From an uncultured delta proteobacterium (GTDB lineage: Bacteria; Desulfobacterota; Binatia; UBA9968), in NCBI GenBank assembly GCA_963727625.1, contig CAVSHR010000012.1, positions 416,001 to 480,000 of the forward strand: a stretch of 64,000 nucleotides of DNA. Reading direction: 5' to 3'. This document shows, one piece after another, positions 18,730 through 29,565 of this stretch; position 1 is the first letter of the stretch, and each line of letters starts with the position of its first letter. Both the position numbers and the translations under genes were made by a program. The notes under the pieces were generated by a model that was not told the DNA's origin, made no database searches, and saw only the letters and a program-made list of their open reading frames with translations.

Positions 18730-18744
18730 GCAGAAGTACTAGCC

Positions 18745-18826
18745 TGGGGGCAACAGCAATATCGACGCTTTTTTAATTGCTAAATTATCAATAAGTTATA
18801 GCTTAAATACGATTTCCCCCACCCCA
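18745..18826 (+). other. Candidate degenerate att (right end) of the P4-type island
   Basis: TGGGGGCA arm-like site, exact IHF consensus TATCAATAAGTTA (18786-18798), then CGATTTCCCCCACCCCA resembling CGATTCCCCCCGCCTCCACCA of the tmRNA end. Confidence 0.45.
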
Positions 18827-19050
18827 AAATTTTTGCAGTTTTCAATTTCTCTCGTTTACAAAGTTCCAGCAGCGGCACGCACTCAAAGACGGACCCGCGT
18901 GCAATCCACCAGAAATTCCTGAAACGATTGCATTCAATCAACCCAAACCACCGATCGCGCCTACCTCAATTCCCGGTGAAAACTCTCCAGCTGAAGGGGC
19001 ACAGTCCAGATGCACCCGCAGTGAGCGACGGGCCTCAGATGCACTCGCGT

Positions 19051-19485
19051 TTATTCTGCGTTTAGCTGATCCCTGAGAATCGCTGGCTTAGAGGGCACTG
19101 GGTCTTTGGCGGGCTCCGATGAAAGACATCGCTGCATCGCATCCATCAATTCTTTTAGCTCGAAAGGCTTGATCATGACCTTCGCTGCGCCGACGGCGAT
19201 TGCGCGCTTGGCAACCATTGCATCCATATATCCAGTGGTAAGAATCACAGGAATTTTCTCTGTGGATGGATCGGCTCGAAGGCGCACAATTGCTTGATCC
19301 CCAGTCATACCGGGCAATCCGAAATCCATGAGGATTAAATCCGGACTCGTCACGCGTGCTCGATCTATGGCCTCTAACGCTGTTGCCGCTTTAACGACCA
19401 CGTAACCCGACCGTCCGAGTACAAGAGCTAGCAGTTCGCGACAATCAGGGTGGTCTTCAACAATGAGAACCTTCTTGCTACCCAT
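19051..19485 (-). CDS. Single-domain response regulator (CheY/DivK-like receiver)
   Basis: VLIVEDH, DLILMDFGLPGMTG, ILTT, KPF. Confidence 0.9.
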   Translation of the reverse strand: MGSKKVLIVEDHPDCRELLALVLGRSGYVVVKAATALEAIDRARVTSPDLILMDFGLPGMTGDQAIVRLRADPSTEKIPVILTTGYMDAMVAKRAIAVGAAKVMIKPFELKELMDAMQRCLSSEPAKDPVPSKPAILRDQLNAE

Positions 19486-19498
19486 GCCGATTGGGTTG

Positions 19499-19679
19499 AG
19501 CAGGAATCATGCCGGGCGAAGTTGGGTGTTTTTCGGTCGCAGCCACTCAATTGGCAAGTGAGCAAGCGGGAGAATTCATGTCGTTCTTTACCCCAGAGGG
19601 AATATTGCGATTCATGCTTGCCAGTTGTTCTCTGCCAGTCCGTGTCAATGTTGGTGACCACACAGTCAATCGCTCTGAC
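19499..19679 (-). promoter_or_regulatory. Putative sigma54 promoter with tandem upstream activator sites
   Basis: Minus-strand CGGCATGATTCCTGCT (GG-N10-GC) at 19499-19514; two GTCA-N7-TGAC palindromes at 19644-19658 and 19665-19679, 21 bp apart. Confidence 0.55.
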
Positions 19680-19944
19680 GATAAACTATGGCTTTTACTC
19701 TTTGGCCCACATCGGCCACGGTCTGCTTGACCGGAGCTCCCCATTTGGGGTGACACGTTTGCCGTGGTTGTGTCCTCCCGCCAATTCATTCCGGCCGATC
19801 CGCGAAAGCCGCCCTCGAGACGCACCGGAAAACCGATGTCCGCTTTGCAATTTGACCTTAGGTGAACAAACACCTCGGCCGTTCGACGTCGGTCCGGATA
19901 CATTGAACCATGAATTTTAAACTTTGAACCGGCACTGGCTGAGG

Positions 19945-20421
19945 CTAGTGCCGCGCCTTGAGCGAGCGTTCGACTTCACGCTGGGCGACTTTGCGGCGCA
20001 GGGTTTCCCGTTTGTCGTAGAGTTTCTTGCCGCGCGCCAGGCCTAATTCCACTTTGGCCTGGCCGTTTTTGAAGTAAATCTTGAGCGGAATCAGCGTGAG
20101 CCCGCGCTCTTTGGTCTTGCCGGTCAGGCGCTCGATCTCGCGCGCGTGGAGCAAGAGCTTGCGCGTACGCGTCGGCTCGTGGTTGAACTGGTTGGCGCCA
20201 GCATAGGGGCTGATATGGAAGTTGACCAAAAACGCTTCGCCTTTTTGAATGCGCGCGTAGCTGTCCACCAGATTGGCCTTGCCGTCGCGCAGCGACTTCA
20301 CTTCGCTGCCGACCAAAACCATGCCCGCTTCGTAGGTCTCGTCGATAAAATAGTTGTGCCGCGCCTGGCGGTTGACGCAAACCACTTGCTCGCCAGATGC
20401 CGCGGGCTTTTTACTTGCCAT
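19945..20421 (-). CDS. smpB: SsrA-binding protein
   Basis: NRQARHNYFI, EAGMVLVGSEVKSLR, RKLLLH, GKKLYDKRE. Confidence 0.98.
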   Translation of the reverse strand: MASKKPAASGEQVVCVNRQARHNYFIDETYEAGMVLVGSEVKSLRDGKANLVDSYARIQKGEAFLVNFHISPYAGANQFNHEPTRTRKLLLHAREIERLTGKTKERGLTLIPLKIYFKNGQAKVELGLARGKKLYDKRETLRRKVAQREVERSLKARH

Positions 20422-21076
20422 TGTTCTTGTTCTTGTCGTCAGGCGTGATCAAGCCGCTCGAGGTGATCAGCTTAAGCGCCTCTTCCATGGTCATGTTGAG
20501 CGGCGTGACGTCGGTCGTCGGTACCAGCAAAAAGAATCCCGAAGTTGGGTTTGGCGTTGTCGGCACGAACACGTTGACCAGCTGGAGATTTTTTTTGTCC
20601 TCCAGCGGGGCCCAGGCCCTGCCCATGGCGAAGCCGACCGTAAAGATGCCGGCGCGCGGATACTCGATCATCACCACCTGGCGCTGCGCGTTGGTCTGGC
20701 CGAGAAAGGTCTGCACCAGCTTCTGCACGGCGGTGTAGACGCCGCGAAACACCGGAATCTTGATAAAGATATTTTCCCAGACGGCGAGAAAACGGCGCGT
20801 CGCCACGCCGCTGGTCAACACGCCGAGAAACAAAATCAAGACCAGCGTCACCACCGCGCCGAGGCGGGGCACCGGAAAGGGCAAATAGGTATTGGGATGG
20901 AGAGCGTCGGGGAGCACGGCGAGCACGCTGTCGAGCAGGCCGATGACCCAGCCGATAAACCACAAGGTGATCGCCACCGGCAAAAACACCAGCAGCCCGG
21001 CGAGAAAGTAGCGCCGCAGGCTATCGGTCCAGCGCGTCTTGATTTTTGGTGTAACCTCGTCCGGCACCGCCGCCAA
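20411..21076 (-). CDS. DUF502 membrane protein
   Basis: YFLAGLLV, IEYPRAG, VFVPTTPNPTSGF. Confidence 0.9.
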   Translation of the reverse strand: MAAVPDEVTPKIKTRWTDSLRRYFLAGLLVFLPVAITLWFIGWVIGLLDSVLAVLPDALHPNTYLPFPVPRLGAVVTLVLILFLGVLTSGVATRRFLAVWENIFIKIPVFRGVYTAVQKLVQTFLGQTNAQRQVVMIEYPRAGIFTVGFAMGRAWAPLEDKKNLQLVNVFVPTTPNPTSGFFLLVPTTDVTPLNMTMEEALKLITSSGLITPDDKNKNNGK

Positions 21077-21081
21077 TCTCC

Positions 21082-21930
21082 TTACTGACGGGCGAGCACC
21101 CGGTTGTCGATCAGCCGCGCCCGGCCGATGCGCACCGCCAAAGCGAGCAGCGCCGGCTGCTCGATGCGGTCGATCTCCGCGAGCGTCTCGGCGTCGCAGA
21201 GTTTGACATATTCGACGTTGGCCAGCGGCTCCGCCGACAAATCCGACCGCACCGAACGCAGCAGCGCCGGCGCGGAACGTTCACCGCGCCGGAACAGCCG
21301 CTCGGCTTTGCACAGCGCCCGGGACAAACAGACCGCAGCGCGCCGTTCAGCGTTATTTAGATAACCGTTGCGCGAGCTCATCGCCAGGCCGCTGTCTTCG
21401 CGCACGATCGGGTGGCCGATGATCTCGACGCCCATGGACATATCCCGTACCAGGCGCCGGATCACTTGCAGCTGCTGATAATCTTTCTCGCCGAAGACCG
21501 CCAGATGGGGCAAAACGATATTGAACAACTTGGTGACCACCGTGGCCACGCCGCGAAAATGGCCCGGGCGCGTGGCGCCGCAGAGCGGCAAGCTCAGCCG
21601 CTCGACCTCGACATGGGTCTCCGCCCCCTCCGGGTATACGGCCGACTCCGAAGGATGGAATAGCACGTCGACGCCCGCTTCTTGCAAAAGAACACGGTCG
21701 CGCTCGAAGTCGCGCGGATAGGCGGCAAAATCTTCGCCGGGGCTGAACTGGCTCGGATTTACGAAGATCGATACCACGAGCCGATCGGCGCGGCCGCGGG
21801 CGCCACGTACCAGACTGAGATGGCCCTGGTGCAAAAAACCCATGGTCGGCACCAGCGCGATCCGGTGGCCGGCACAGCGCTCCGCCTCGCTCCAGGCGCG
21901 CATCTCCGAAATATTTTCGATGATTTGCAT
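21082..21930 (-). CDS. panC: Pantoate--beta-alanine ligase
   Basis: VPTMGFLHQGH, RPGHFRGV, FGEKDYQQ, AMSSRN, RLIDN; start at ATG 21930. Confidence 0.97.
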   Translation of the reverse strand: MQIIENISEMRAWSEAERCAGHRIALVPTMGFLHQGHLSLVRGARGRADRLVVSIFVNPSQFSPGEDFAAYPRDFERDRVLLQEAGVDVLFHPSESAVYPEGAETHVEVERLSLPLCGATRPGHFRGVATVVTKLFNIVLPHLAVFGEKDYQQLQVIRRLVRDMSMGVEIIGHPIVREDSGLAMSSRNGYLNNAERRAAVCLSRALCKAERLFRRGERSAPALLRSVRSDLSAEPLANVEYVKLCDAETLAEIDRIEQPALLALAVRIGRARLIDNRVLARQ

Positions 21931-21940
21931 AAGTGAAAAC

Positions 21941-21995
21941 TGGAGTGATGGAGTGTCGGGGTTCCGTCCCATTACTCCACGACGCCATCACTCCA
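21941..21995. repeat. REP-like palindromic element built from GGAGTGAT units (copy 1)
   Basis: TGGAGTGATGGAGTG...CATTACTCCA...CCATCACTCCA in the panB-panC spacer. Confidence 0.65.
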
Positions 21996-22006
21996 AGTCC
22001 CCATTC

Positions 22007-22810
22007 TTACTTGAACGAGTGTTCCTCCGCCGGAAACTTTCGCTCTTTCACTTCGCCGATAAAATCTTTCACCGCGCCGGTCACGCTCGCTTTCAGATTG
22101 ACGTATTGTTTGACGAACTTCGGTTTGAAGTCATCGAACAAGCCAAGCATGTCATGCAGGACCAGCACCTGTCCATCGCAGTGCACGCCGGCGCCGATAC
22201 CGATAGTGGGAATGGTCAAACGATCGGTAATTTCCCGCGCCAGGTCTAGCGGCATACCTTCCAGGACCACCGAGAACGCGCCGGCTTCCTCGACCGCCAG
22301 AGCGTCGTACAGCACCGCGTCGCGCCGCTCCTTCTCCCGCCCCTGAATCTTGTAACCGCCGAAACGGTGCACCGATTGCGGCGTCAGGCCGATATGGCCC
22401 ATCACCGGAATCCCTGCGTCGACGATGGCGGCAATCGTCTCCCGGATGCTGACACCGCCTTCGAGCTTGACCGCCTCGGCGCCGCCTTCCTGTAAAAACC
22501 GTCCGGCGTTGCCTAATGCCTGTTCCTTGCTCACCTGATAGGAGAGAAAAGGCATGTCACCGATCAGCAGCGCCCGCTTGCGCCCGCGCGCCACCAGACG
22601 GGTGTGATAAACCATCTCGTCCATGGTCACAGCCAAGGTGTTGTGATTGCCCTGGACCACGCAGCCCAAAGAATCACCGACCAAGAGCATTTCGACGCCG
22701 GCTTCGTCGAGGATGCGCGCGAGAGAATAATCATACGCGGTCAAGCAGGTGATCAACTCGCCGCCCTGCTTCATCTTGAGAATATGGGGCACGGTAATCT
22801 TGTCGCCCAT
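22007..22810 (-). CDS. panB: 3-methyl-2-oxobutanoate hydroxymethyltransferase
   Basis: [33 protein letters not shown]; start at ATG 22810 with GGAGG RBS. Confidence 0.98.
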   Translation of the reverse strand: MGDKITVPHILKMKQGGELITCLTAYDYSLARILDEAGVEMLLVGDSLGCVVQGNHNTLAVTMDEMVYHTRLVARGRKRALLIGDMPFLSYQVSKEQALGNAGRFLQEGGAEAVKLEGGVSIRETIAAIVDAGIPVMGHIGLTPQSVHRFGGYKIQGREKERRDAVLYDALAVEEAGAFSVVLEGMPLDLAREITDRLTIPTIGIGAGVHCDGQVLVLHDMLGLFDDFKPKFVKQYVNLKASVTGAVKDFIGEVKERKFPAEEHSFK

Positions 22811-22824
22811 GGCGCACCTCCCGA

Positions 22825-22926
22825 ATAAAAAAGCCTTCCGGACGGATCCGGAAGGCCAACGGGGCGGCAAGAACCACTTTGCTCTTTCCGCGCGAAAGCG
22901 CCTTTAGGCATCCGTCTCGGTCCAGG
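22825..22926 (-). promoter_or_regulatory. pan RNA motif with intrinsic terminator (attenuator) upstream of panB
   Basis: Minus-strand GGACCGAGACGG...CCGTTGGCC stem with bulged purines, overlapping the hairpin GCCTTCCGGA-TCCG-TCCGGAAGGC followed by TTTTTT. Confidence 0.75.
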
Positions 22927-23568
22927 CTAGCTGGATCCAAGCGGTATATAATGCTGCGTCCCCGAACCCATGTTATTGATTTCCTTGATCAAGTCAGCTA
23001 GTTGCTCGCTGCTTGAAACGAAATCAATCTGCGAAGTATTGACCACCAAAAGCGGCGTCTCGTCGTAGTGGAAGAAAAACTGGTTGTACGCCTTGGCCAC
23101 TTCGCTCAGATATTCGAAGGTCACACCTCGCTCAAATTTTTTATCCCTTTTTTTAACCCGTTTGTAAAGCACCTCGGGGCGAGCCTGCAGATAGACGACC
23201 AGGTCCGGTTTCGGCACCCGGGCGTTTAGAAGAACGTAAATTTGCTGGTAGAGACTGAGCTCCTCGGCACTCAGGGTCAAGGTGGCAAAGATCTGATCCT
23301 TGGCGAAGAGGTAGTCGGCCACGGTGTTCTGATTGAACAGGTCCTGTTGCCCCAGCTCCATTTGCTGCTGGTAGCGGTTGAGCAGAAAAAAGGTCTGGTT
23401 TTGGAAGGCGTAGGTCTCGCGCGATTTATAGAATTTGGGCAAAAACGGGTTGTCTTCAACGCGCTCGAAGACCATCCGGGCCTGGAATTCATTGGCTAGA
23501 ATTTTTGCCAGGCTGGTCTTGCCGACGCCGATGGGCCCTTCGACAACTATATATTTTGCTTTTGCCAT
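22927..23568 (-). CDS. Deoxynucleoside kinase
   Basis: VEGPIGVGKT P-loop, NPFLPKFY, PDLVVYLQA. Confidence 0.92.
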   Translation of the reverse strand: MAKAKYIVVEGPIGVGKTSLAKILANEFQARMVFERVEDNPFLPKFYKSRETYAFQNQTFFLLNRYQQQMELGQQDLFNQNTVADYLFAKDQIFATLTLSAEELSLYQQIYVLLNARVPKPDLVVYLQARPEVLYKRVKKRDKKFERGVTFEYLSEVAKAYNQFFFHYDETPLLVVNTSQIDFVSSSEQLADLIKEINNMGSGTQHYIPLGSS

Positions 23569-23631
23569 CGCACCACCTTGAATCTACACGTTGACCAAAA
23601 ACTTGTCTAGTTTGTGCTATACTCGGGCGCG

Positions 23632-24711
23632 ATGGCGAGGTTGCGCGACAGACTCGGCAAGCTGATCATGGTCGGCTGCCGGGGTGACAGCCTGAGCCGT
23701 GACGAGCGCTTGCTGTTTGAGAAATATCGCTTTGGCGGATTTATCCTGTTTCAGCGCAATTGCGCCGAGCCGCGCCAGATTCTGTCGCTCTGCCGCAGCT
23801 TGTGGGACGGCGCGGCGAGCCACCCGCCGTTTATCGCCATCGACCAGGAAGGCGGCACCGTCCATCGGTTGCCGGGACCGTTCACACACTTTCCCGCCGC
23901 GGCGAGCATCGGTGCGCGTAACGACCCGGGTCTGGCCTATCGGCTGGGACGCGCTACGGGCGTCGAGCTAGCGCTCGTTGGCATCAATTTGAATTTCGCT
24001 CCGGTGCTCGATGTAAATTCCAATCCGCGGAATCCCATCATCGGCGCCCGCGCCTTCGGCGCCGAGCCCGAGCGGGTGATCAAGATTGGCGCGACCTGGG
24101 CGCGCGGCTTGAGGGACGGCGGCGTGATTCCCTGCGGCAAGCACTTTCCCGGCCATGGCGACGCGGAGCAGGATTCACACCTCGCCCTGCCGGTGGTCGA
24201 GAAATCATTGGCCGAGCTGCAAGCCCTCGAACTGCCGCCGTTCGTCGCCGCTTGCCGCGACCGTATCGAGGCGCTCATGACCGCCCACGTCAAATTCACA
24301 GCTCTCGATCCGAACTTTCCCGCCACCCTGTCCGAACCCATCGTCACCGGCCTGTTGCGCCATCACCTCGGCTACGACGGCGTGGTGTTTAGCGACGACT
24401 TGGCGATGCAGGCGATCAGCGATCATTTCGAAGCCGGCGCGGCGGCAGCCCTGGCGCTTTACGCTGGCGTCGACATGTTGCTGTGCTGTCATGATCTAGC
24501 GCAAGCAGCCGAGGTGGTCGAATTTCTTTGCTGCGAAGTCGAGCGCACGCCAGCGCTACGCTCCCGGATCGAAAACAGTGAGCGACGGATCAACGAACTG
24601 AAGGGGCGATGGTTGAAAGAATTCCGCGGCGCCGCAGATGATGAATTAGAGGAGCGCTTAAGACGGCTGGACCATCGGCAAACGGTCGAGGCGTTCTACG
24701 GCAGCTTGTAG
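23632..24711 (+). CDS. nagZ: Beta-N-acetylhexosaminidase (GH3)
   Basis: IAIDQEGG, NFAPVLD, KHFPGHGD...DSH, SDDLAM; extended -10 TGCTATACT just upstream. Confidence 0.93.
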   Translation: MARLRDRLGKLIMVGCRGDSLSRDERLLFEKYRFGGFILFQRNCAEPRQILSLCRSLWDGAASHPPFIAIDQEGGTVHRLPGPFTHFPAAASIGARNDPGLAYRLGRATGVELALVGINLNFAPVLDVNSNPRNPIIGARAFGAEPERVIKIGATWARGLRDGGVIPCGKHFPGHGDAEQDSHLALPVVEKSLAELQALELPPFVAACRDRIEALMTAHVKFTALDPNFPATLSEPIVTGLLRHHLGYDGVVFSDDLAMQAISDHFEAGAAAALALYAGVDMLLCCHDLAQAAEVVEFLCCEVERTPALRSRIENSERRINELKGRWLKEFRGAADDELEERLRRLDHRQTVEAFYGSL

Positions 24712-26025
24712 GCGCTGTAGGCGATCAATTTCTTAATATCCTGACGCAGCTCCCCTTCCCACTTTTCCACCACAACGTCCGCCGGGCACTTGCCCTGAAA
24801 CAACAAGTTTTTGAGCGGATTGAGATAAATTGTTTCGTCTTCGCCGTTGGCGTTGAGCGATCTTTGCCGGCGCAGCCCTTCCCAGCCGATCTGAAACAGC
24901 TCTTTGGCCAGATCCAAAAGCGTGTGGCGCCGCCAGGGCGCCGCCAGCGCATTCTCGTGGGAATCGAGGTAGGTCGCCATGCGTTCGTCCCAGCTCCAAC
25001 CCTTGACCAAATCCCAAGCCGCCGCGAGGCAGTCCGAGTCGTAGAAGACCCCCTTGATCAAGGCGGAGAGCGCCGGCATCAACTCCGGCGGTTGGCTGTC
25101 CACCGAGCGCACCTCGATGTAGCGCTTGATCCTGGTCTCGGGAAACAACGTGGTCAGATGGTCCGCCCAGTCCTCGACCGTCGCGCGCTCGCCCTTGTAG
25201 CCAAATTGTAGAAACTGGCGAAACGTGACTTCGGTCATATCGATGTAATCATGGTGGCGAATGATGAAATACATCGGCACGTCGAGGGCATACTCGACGT
25301 AGTGCGCAAATGAGACATCGCGCTCGAAGGCGAACTTGAGCAAGCCGGAACGGTTGCGATCGGTGTCGGTCCAGATGTGCTCGCGAAAGCTTCGGTAGCC
25401 GTTTAATTGGCCGTCGCAGATCGGCGAGTTGGCGAACATGGCGACCAAGATGGGAGCGATCCCCATGCCGGTGCGGAACTTCGCCATGGCGTCGTTTTCA
25501 TCGAGGAAGTCGATATTGGCCTGCACGGTGGCGGTCTGCTTCATCATGCGCTGGCCGAGGGTGCCGACTTTGAGCATGTAGGGCCCCATGATCCGGTAGC
25601 GCTTTTTCGGCACCCACTCGATCTCGTCGATGCGACTGATCGGCTGCATGCCGAGGCCGAGAAAAACGATATCGAGGGGTTCCGCGACTTCGAGCAACTC
25701 GCGGATATGTTGGGTGAATTCGCCGTAGGTGCAGTGGATGCTGTCGCACGGTTCACCGCTCAACTCGATCTGACCGCCGGGCTCGAGGGTGATCTGTGCC
25801 TTGTCACGGCTCAGCGCGATGATGTTGCCGTCTTGTTCCTCGGGCTCCCAGCCGTAGCGATCGATCAGCTCGCGCAAAATCCGGTCCACGCCGCGCGGGC
25901 CTGAATAGGGAATCGCTTTACCGGTGTTGCGGTCGATGCCGACCTTTTCATACTCGGTGCCGACGCGCCACTCGGCGCGCGGTTTGCCGGCGTTGTGAAA
26001 ATAGGCTTCCAGCTCGTCGTGCTTT

Positions 26026-26039
<14 letters not shown>
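24696..26039 (-). CDS. gshA: Glutamate--cysteine ligase (plant/alphaproteobacterial type)
   Basis: VGTEYEK, ITLEPGGQIELSG, MMKQTATVQAN, HLTTLFPE, YIEVRSVD. Confidence 0.9.
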
Positions 26040-27057
<1,018 letters not shown>

Positions 27058-27122
27058 AAATATTCCTAATTGAGCGGAGACCGAGTATATTAGCGGGTCA
27101 AAGGAAGCGTCAAGGGCCGCTC

Positions 27123-27371
27123 GTGGATTTCTATCAATTCCTCGGATACTTCACCGGGCTCCTTTTCATCAGACCTGAAATGGACCCGACTTCGTTGTGG
27201 CGCACCGCCGCTTTGGTGCATCTGCTCGATGCGATCCTGTGCTGCGTCATCGCCAATTACAGCGGACGTAACAAAACCATTTGGACGATGATCGGCGCCA
27301 TCGGCGGCATATGGGCGTTGGGAGTACTGTTTTTGATGCCGGCAAAAAAATCATCGCACGGTAGTGGATGA
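27123..27371 (+). CDS. Small hypothetical membrane protein
   Basis: 82 aa with two hydrophobic segments, GRNKTIW motif. Confidence 0.55.
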   Translation: MDFYQFLGYFTGLLFIRPEMDPTSLWRTAALVHLLDAILCCVIANYSGRNKTIWTMIGAIGGIWALGVLFLMPAKKSSHGSG

Positions 27372-27420
27372 CCGGTGGTTTGTCGGCGAACGGTTTTTCT
27401 TCTTGCTGCAAGTCTTTCTT

Positions 27421-27810
27421 CTACTCATCCTGGGCGATGACGAACGCCAGTCCGTGTTCTTTGGTATGGGTGATCGACAGCGCCCAGCGGCGGATGCCCA
27501 ACTCAGCGGCGAGGCGCGCGGTCTTGTCACGCAAAGCGATATCGGGCTTGCCGCTGCGCGCCCGCACTACTTCGATATCGAGCCAGCGCACCTTGGCGCC
27601 CCAACCGCGGCCGAGCGCTTTCATCACCGCCTCCTTGGCGGCGAAGCGGGCGGCGTAGCTTTCGTATTTACCGCGCTGTTTTTTCTCGCAATAGGCGATC
27701 TCGTTTTCGGTGAAGACGCGGGCGCGGAATCGCTCGCCGATGCGCGGGTCTTCGAGCGCCGCTTGGATGCGCTCCACTTCCGCCAAGTCGACGCCTGTGC
27801 CGATGATCAT
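27421..27810 (-). CDS. acpS: Holo-[acyl-carrier-protein] synthase
   Basis: IGTGVDL, ARFAAKEAVMKALG, SITH; start at ATG 27810 with GGAGG RBS. Confidence 0.96.
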   Translation of the reverse strand: MIIGTGVDLAEVERIQAALEDPRIGERFRARVFTENEIAYCEKKQRGKYESYAARFAAKEAVMKALGRGWGAKVRWLDIEVVRARSGKPDIALRDKTARLAAELGIRRWALSITHTKEHGLAFVIAQDE

Positions 27811-27849
27811 GACCGCGCCTCCCGACCCACCGCGCCCGGCTTCGGCAAC

Positions 27850-28050
27850 TTGCCCCACCGCCACATCGCGTCGACCGCCGACTTCGGAGTTCTACCCAAA
27901 GGCGGGGACGCGTATTCTATGCTGGGCGTTCCCTGCGCGCAGACTTTTCCCTCGACCCACCCGTGCCGCTCCAATTGTCTAAGTTGTTGGGTCAACACCT
28001 TTCGCGAAATCCCGGTCAATGCCGGGACAACTCGGAATAGCGTCTCGCGC
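27850..28050 (-). pseudogene. HxlR-family winged-HTH regulator remnant
   Basis: GISRKVLTQQLRQLERHGWV...IEY...LGR...WG is the HxlR C-terminal half; N-terminal half absent or degenerate. Confidence 0.6.
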
Positions 28051-28296
28051 CGTTCGTCAAATAAAAAATCAGCGGCATCTTCCAACGGCCACCGATCAGC
28101 GCCAGCGTGAACTCGGCGGGGCGATTCGATTCCCGGGCTTTCATTGCCGCTCTTCAAGTTACTCTCAGAAGATTATAGCACCGTCGGGTGCCTACTGAAC
28201 AGCCGGGCGCCGCGTGGACGACTTACACAGTCGGCGCTCGCGTTGCTCCAGGGGATTTGCTAGCATGGGCATCATTTCGCGAAAGGAAATTCTGCC

Positions 28297-29484
28297 GTGC
28301 CAAATCGTTTTCCTCGGCTCTTGGTTCTGTCCTTGGCCTTTGCATCGATCGGCCTGTCAACACCGGCCTGGGCGCAAAAAGGCACGATCAAAATCGCCGT
28401 GCAGGTGCCGCTTTCGGGCGAACAAGCCGCGCTCGGCGAGCATATCAAATTGGGCGCGCAGCTGGCGGTCGAAGAATCGACTCAGGCTTTCAAGGCGCTC
28501 GGCTACGATTTGATCCTGGTTCCCTACGACGACCAGGCCAAGCCCGAGGTCGGCGTCGCCAACGCGCGCAATTTGGTCGCCGATCCCGATGTGCTGGTCA
28601 TGATCGGCCATTTCAATTCCGGCGTCGCCCTGCCCGCTTCGGAAGTCTATAAAGACGCCAATCTGGTGATGATCTCGCCGGCCAACACCGCCACGGAGAT
28701 CACCGATCGCGGCTATCTCAACATCAATCGGGTTTGCGGCCGCGACGACGTGCAAGGACCGGTCGGCGCCCGCTTCGCGGCGCAGGACCTGAAGCTAAAA
28801 TCGGTTTATATCATCCATGATAAAACCCTTTACGGCCAGGGCGTGGCGGAAAATTTTCGCAACGAAGCCAAGCGGCTCGGCATGAACCTGCTCGGCTTCG
28901 ACGGCACCGAAGAACGAGCCAACTTTTCGCCGATGATCATTCCGCTCAAAGCGAAAAATCCCGACCTTGTGTACTTCGGCGGCATTTACCATCAAGGCGG
29001 CCTCTTGTTAAGGCAACTGCGCGAGAAACGCGTCAACGCGAAATTCATGGGACCGGACGGATTGGACTCGGCCGAGATGGTCAAGATCGCCGGCCGCTCG
29101 GTGATCGGCGCTTACTACACGAGCGTCGCGGGCCCGCCGGCGGCCTATCCCGAGACCGCCGCATTTGCGAAAAAATTCAAACAGCGCTTCGGCAAGGAAG
29201 TCGAGTCCTTCGGTATGTACGGTTTCGACGCGACTCTGGTCGGCATCAAGTCGACGGCGCAATGGATCAAAGCCCACGGCGGCAAGAAGCCCAGCCGCGC
29301 CGAAGTCTCCACAGCCGTGCGCAAGCTGAAAAATTTTAAAGGCGTCACCGGCGCCATCGAGTTCGACAATAAAGGCGACCCGGTCAAGGCTAAATATTTC
29401 GTCTTGCGATTCGACAAACAAGTTTATCCGGGCAAAGTCGTCAAAGTCATCGAGCAGCAGGCCCCGGCTGCGAAGAAATCCTGA
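28297..29484 (+). CDS. Branched-chain amino acid ABC transporter substrate-binding protein (LivK/LivJ-like)
   Basis: Signal peptide, IGHFNSG, GRDDVQG, DKTLYGQG. Confidence 0.92.
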   Translation: MPNRFPRLLVLSLAFASIGLSTPAWAQKGTIKIAVQVPLSGEQAALGEHIKLGAQLAVEESTQAFKALGYDLILVPYDDQAKPEVGVANARNLVADPDVLVMIGHFNSGVALPASEVYKDANLVMISPANTATEITDRGYLNINRVCGRDDVQGPVGARFAAQDLKLKSVYIIHDKTLYGQGVAENFRNEAKRLGMNLLGFDGTEERANFSPMIIPLKAKNPDLVYFGGIYHQGGLLLRQLREKRVNAKFMGPDGLDSAEMVKIAGRSVIGAYYTSVAGPPAAYPETAAFAKKFKQRFGKEVESFGMYGFDATLVGIKSTAQWIKAHGGKKPSRAEVSTAVRKLKNFKGVTGAIEFDNKGDPVKAKYFVLRFDKQVYPGKVVKVIEQQAPAAKKS

Positions 29485-29565
29485 CAAACTATTCAAATAA
29501 CCTTGCCAACTTCCATGCGGCGGGCGCCAAGTGAGCGGCCCGCCGCGCTCCAAAGTTATCACCCC

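Larger units (their letters stand above)
9880..18826. mobile_element. Decayed P4-integrase genomic island at tmRNA
   Basis: P4-type integrase remnant abutting the tmRNA 3' end, mixed-GC cargo with pseudogenes, and a candidate degenerate att at 18745-18826. Confidence 0.6.

Noticed and set aside
19007-19048. Short direct repeat CAGATGCAC x2
   Set aside because: Only two 9-nt copies with no supporting context; likely chance
19690-19900. Riboswitch (c-di-GMP-like) or ssrA downstream of smpB
   Set aside because: GGCAAAC is present but the remaining conserved elements are not; no tmRNA ends found
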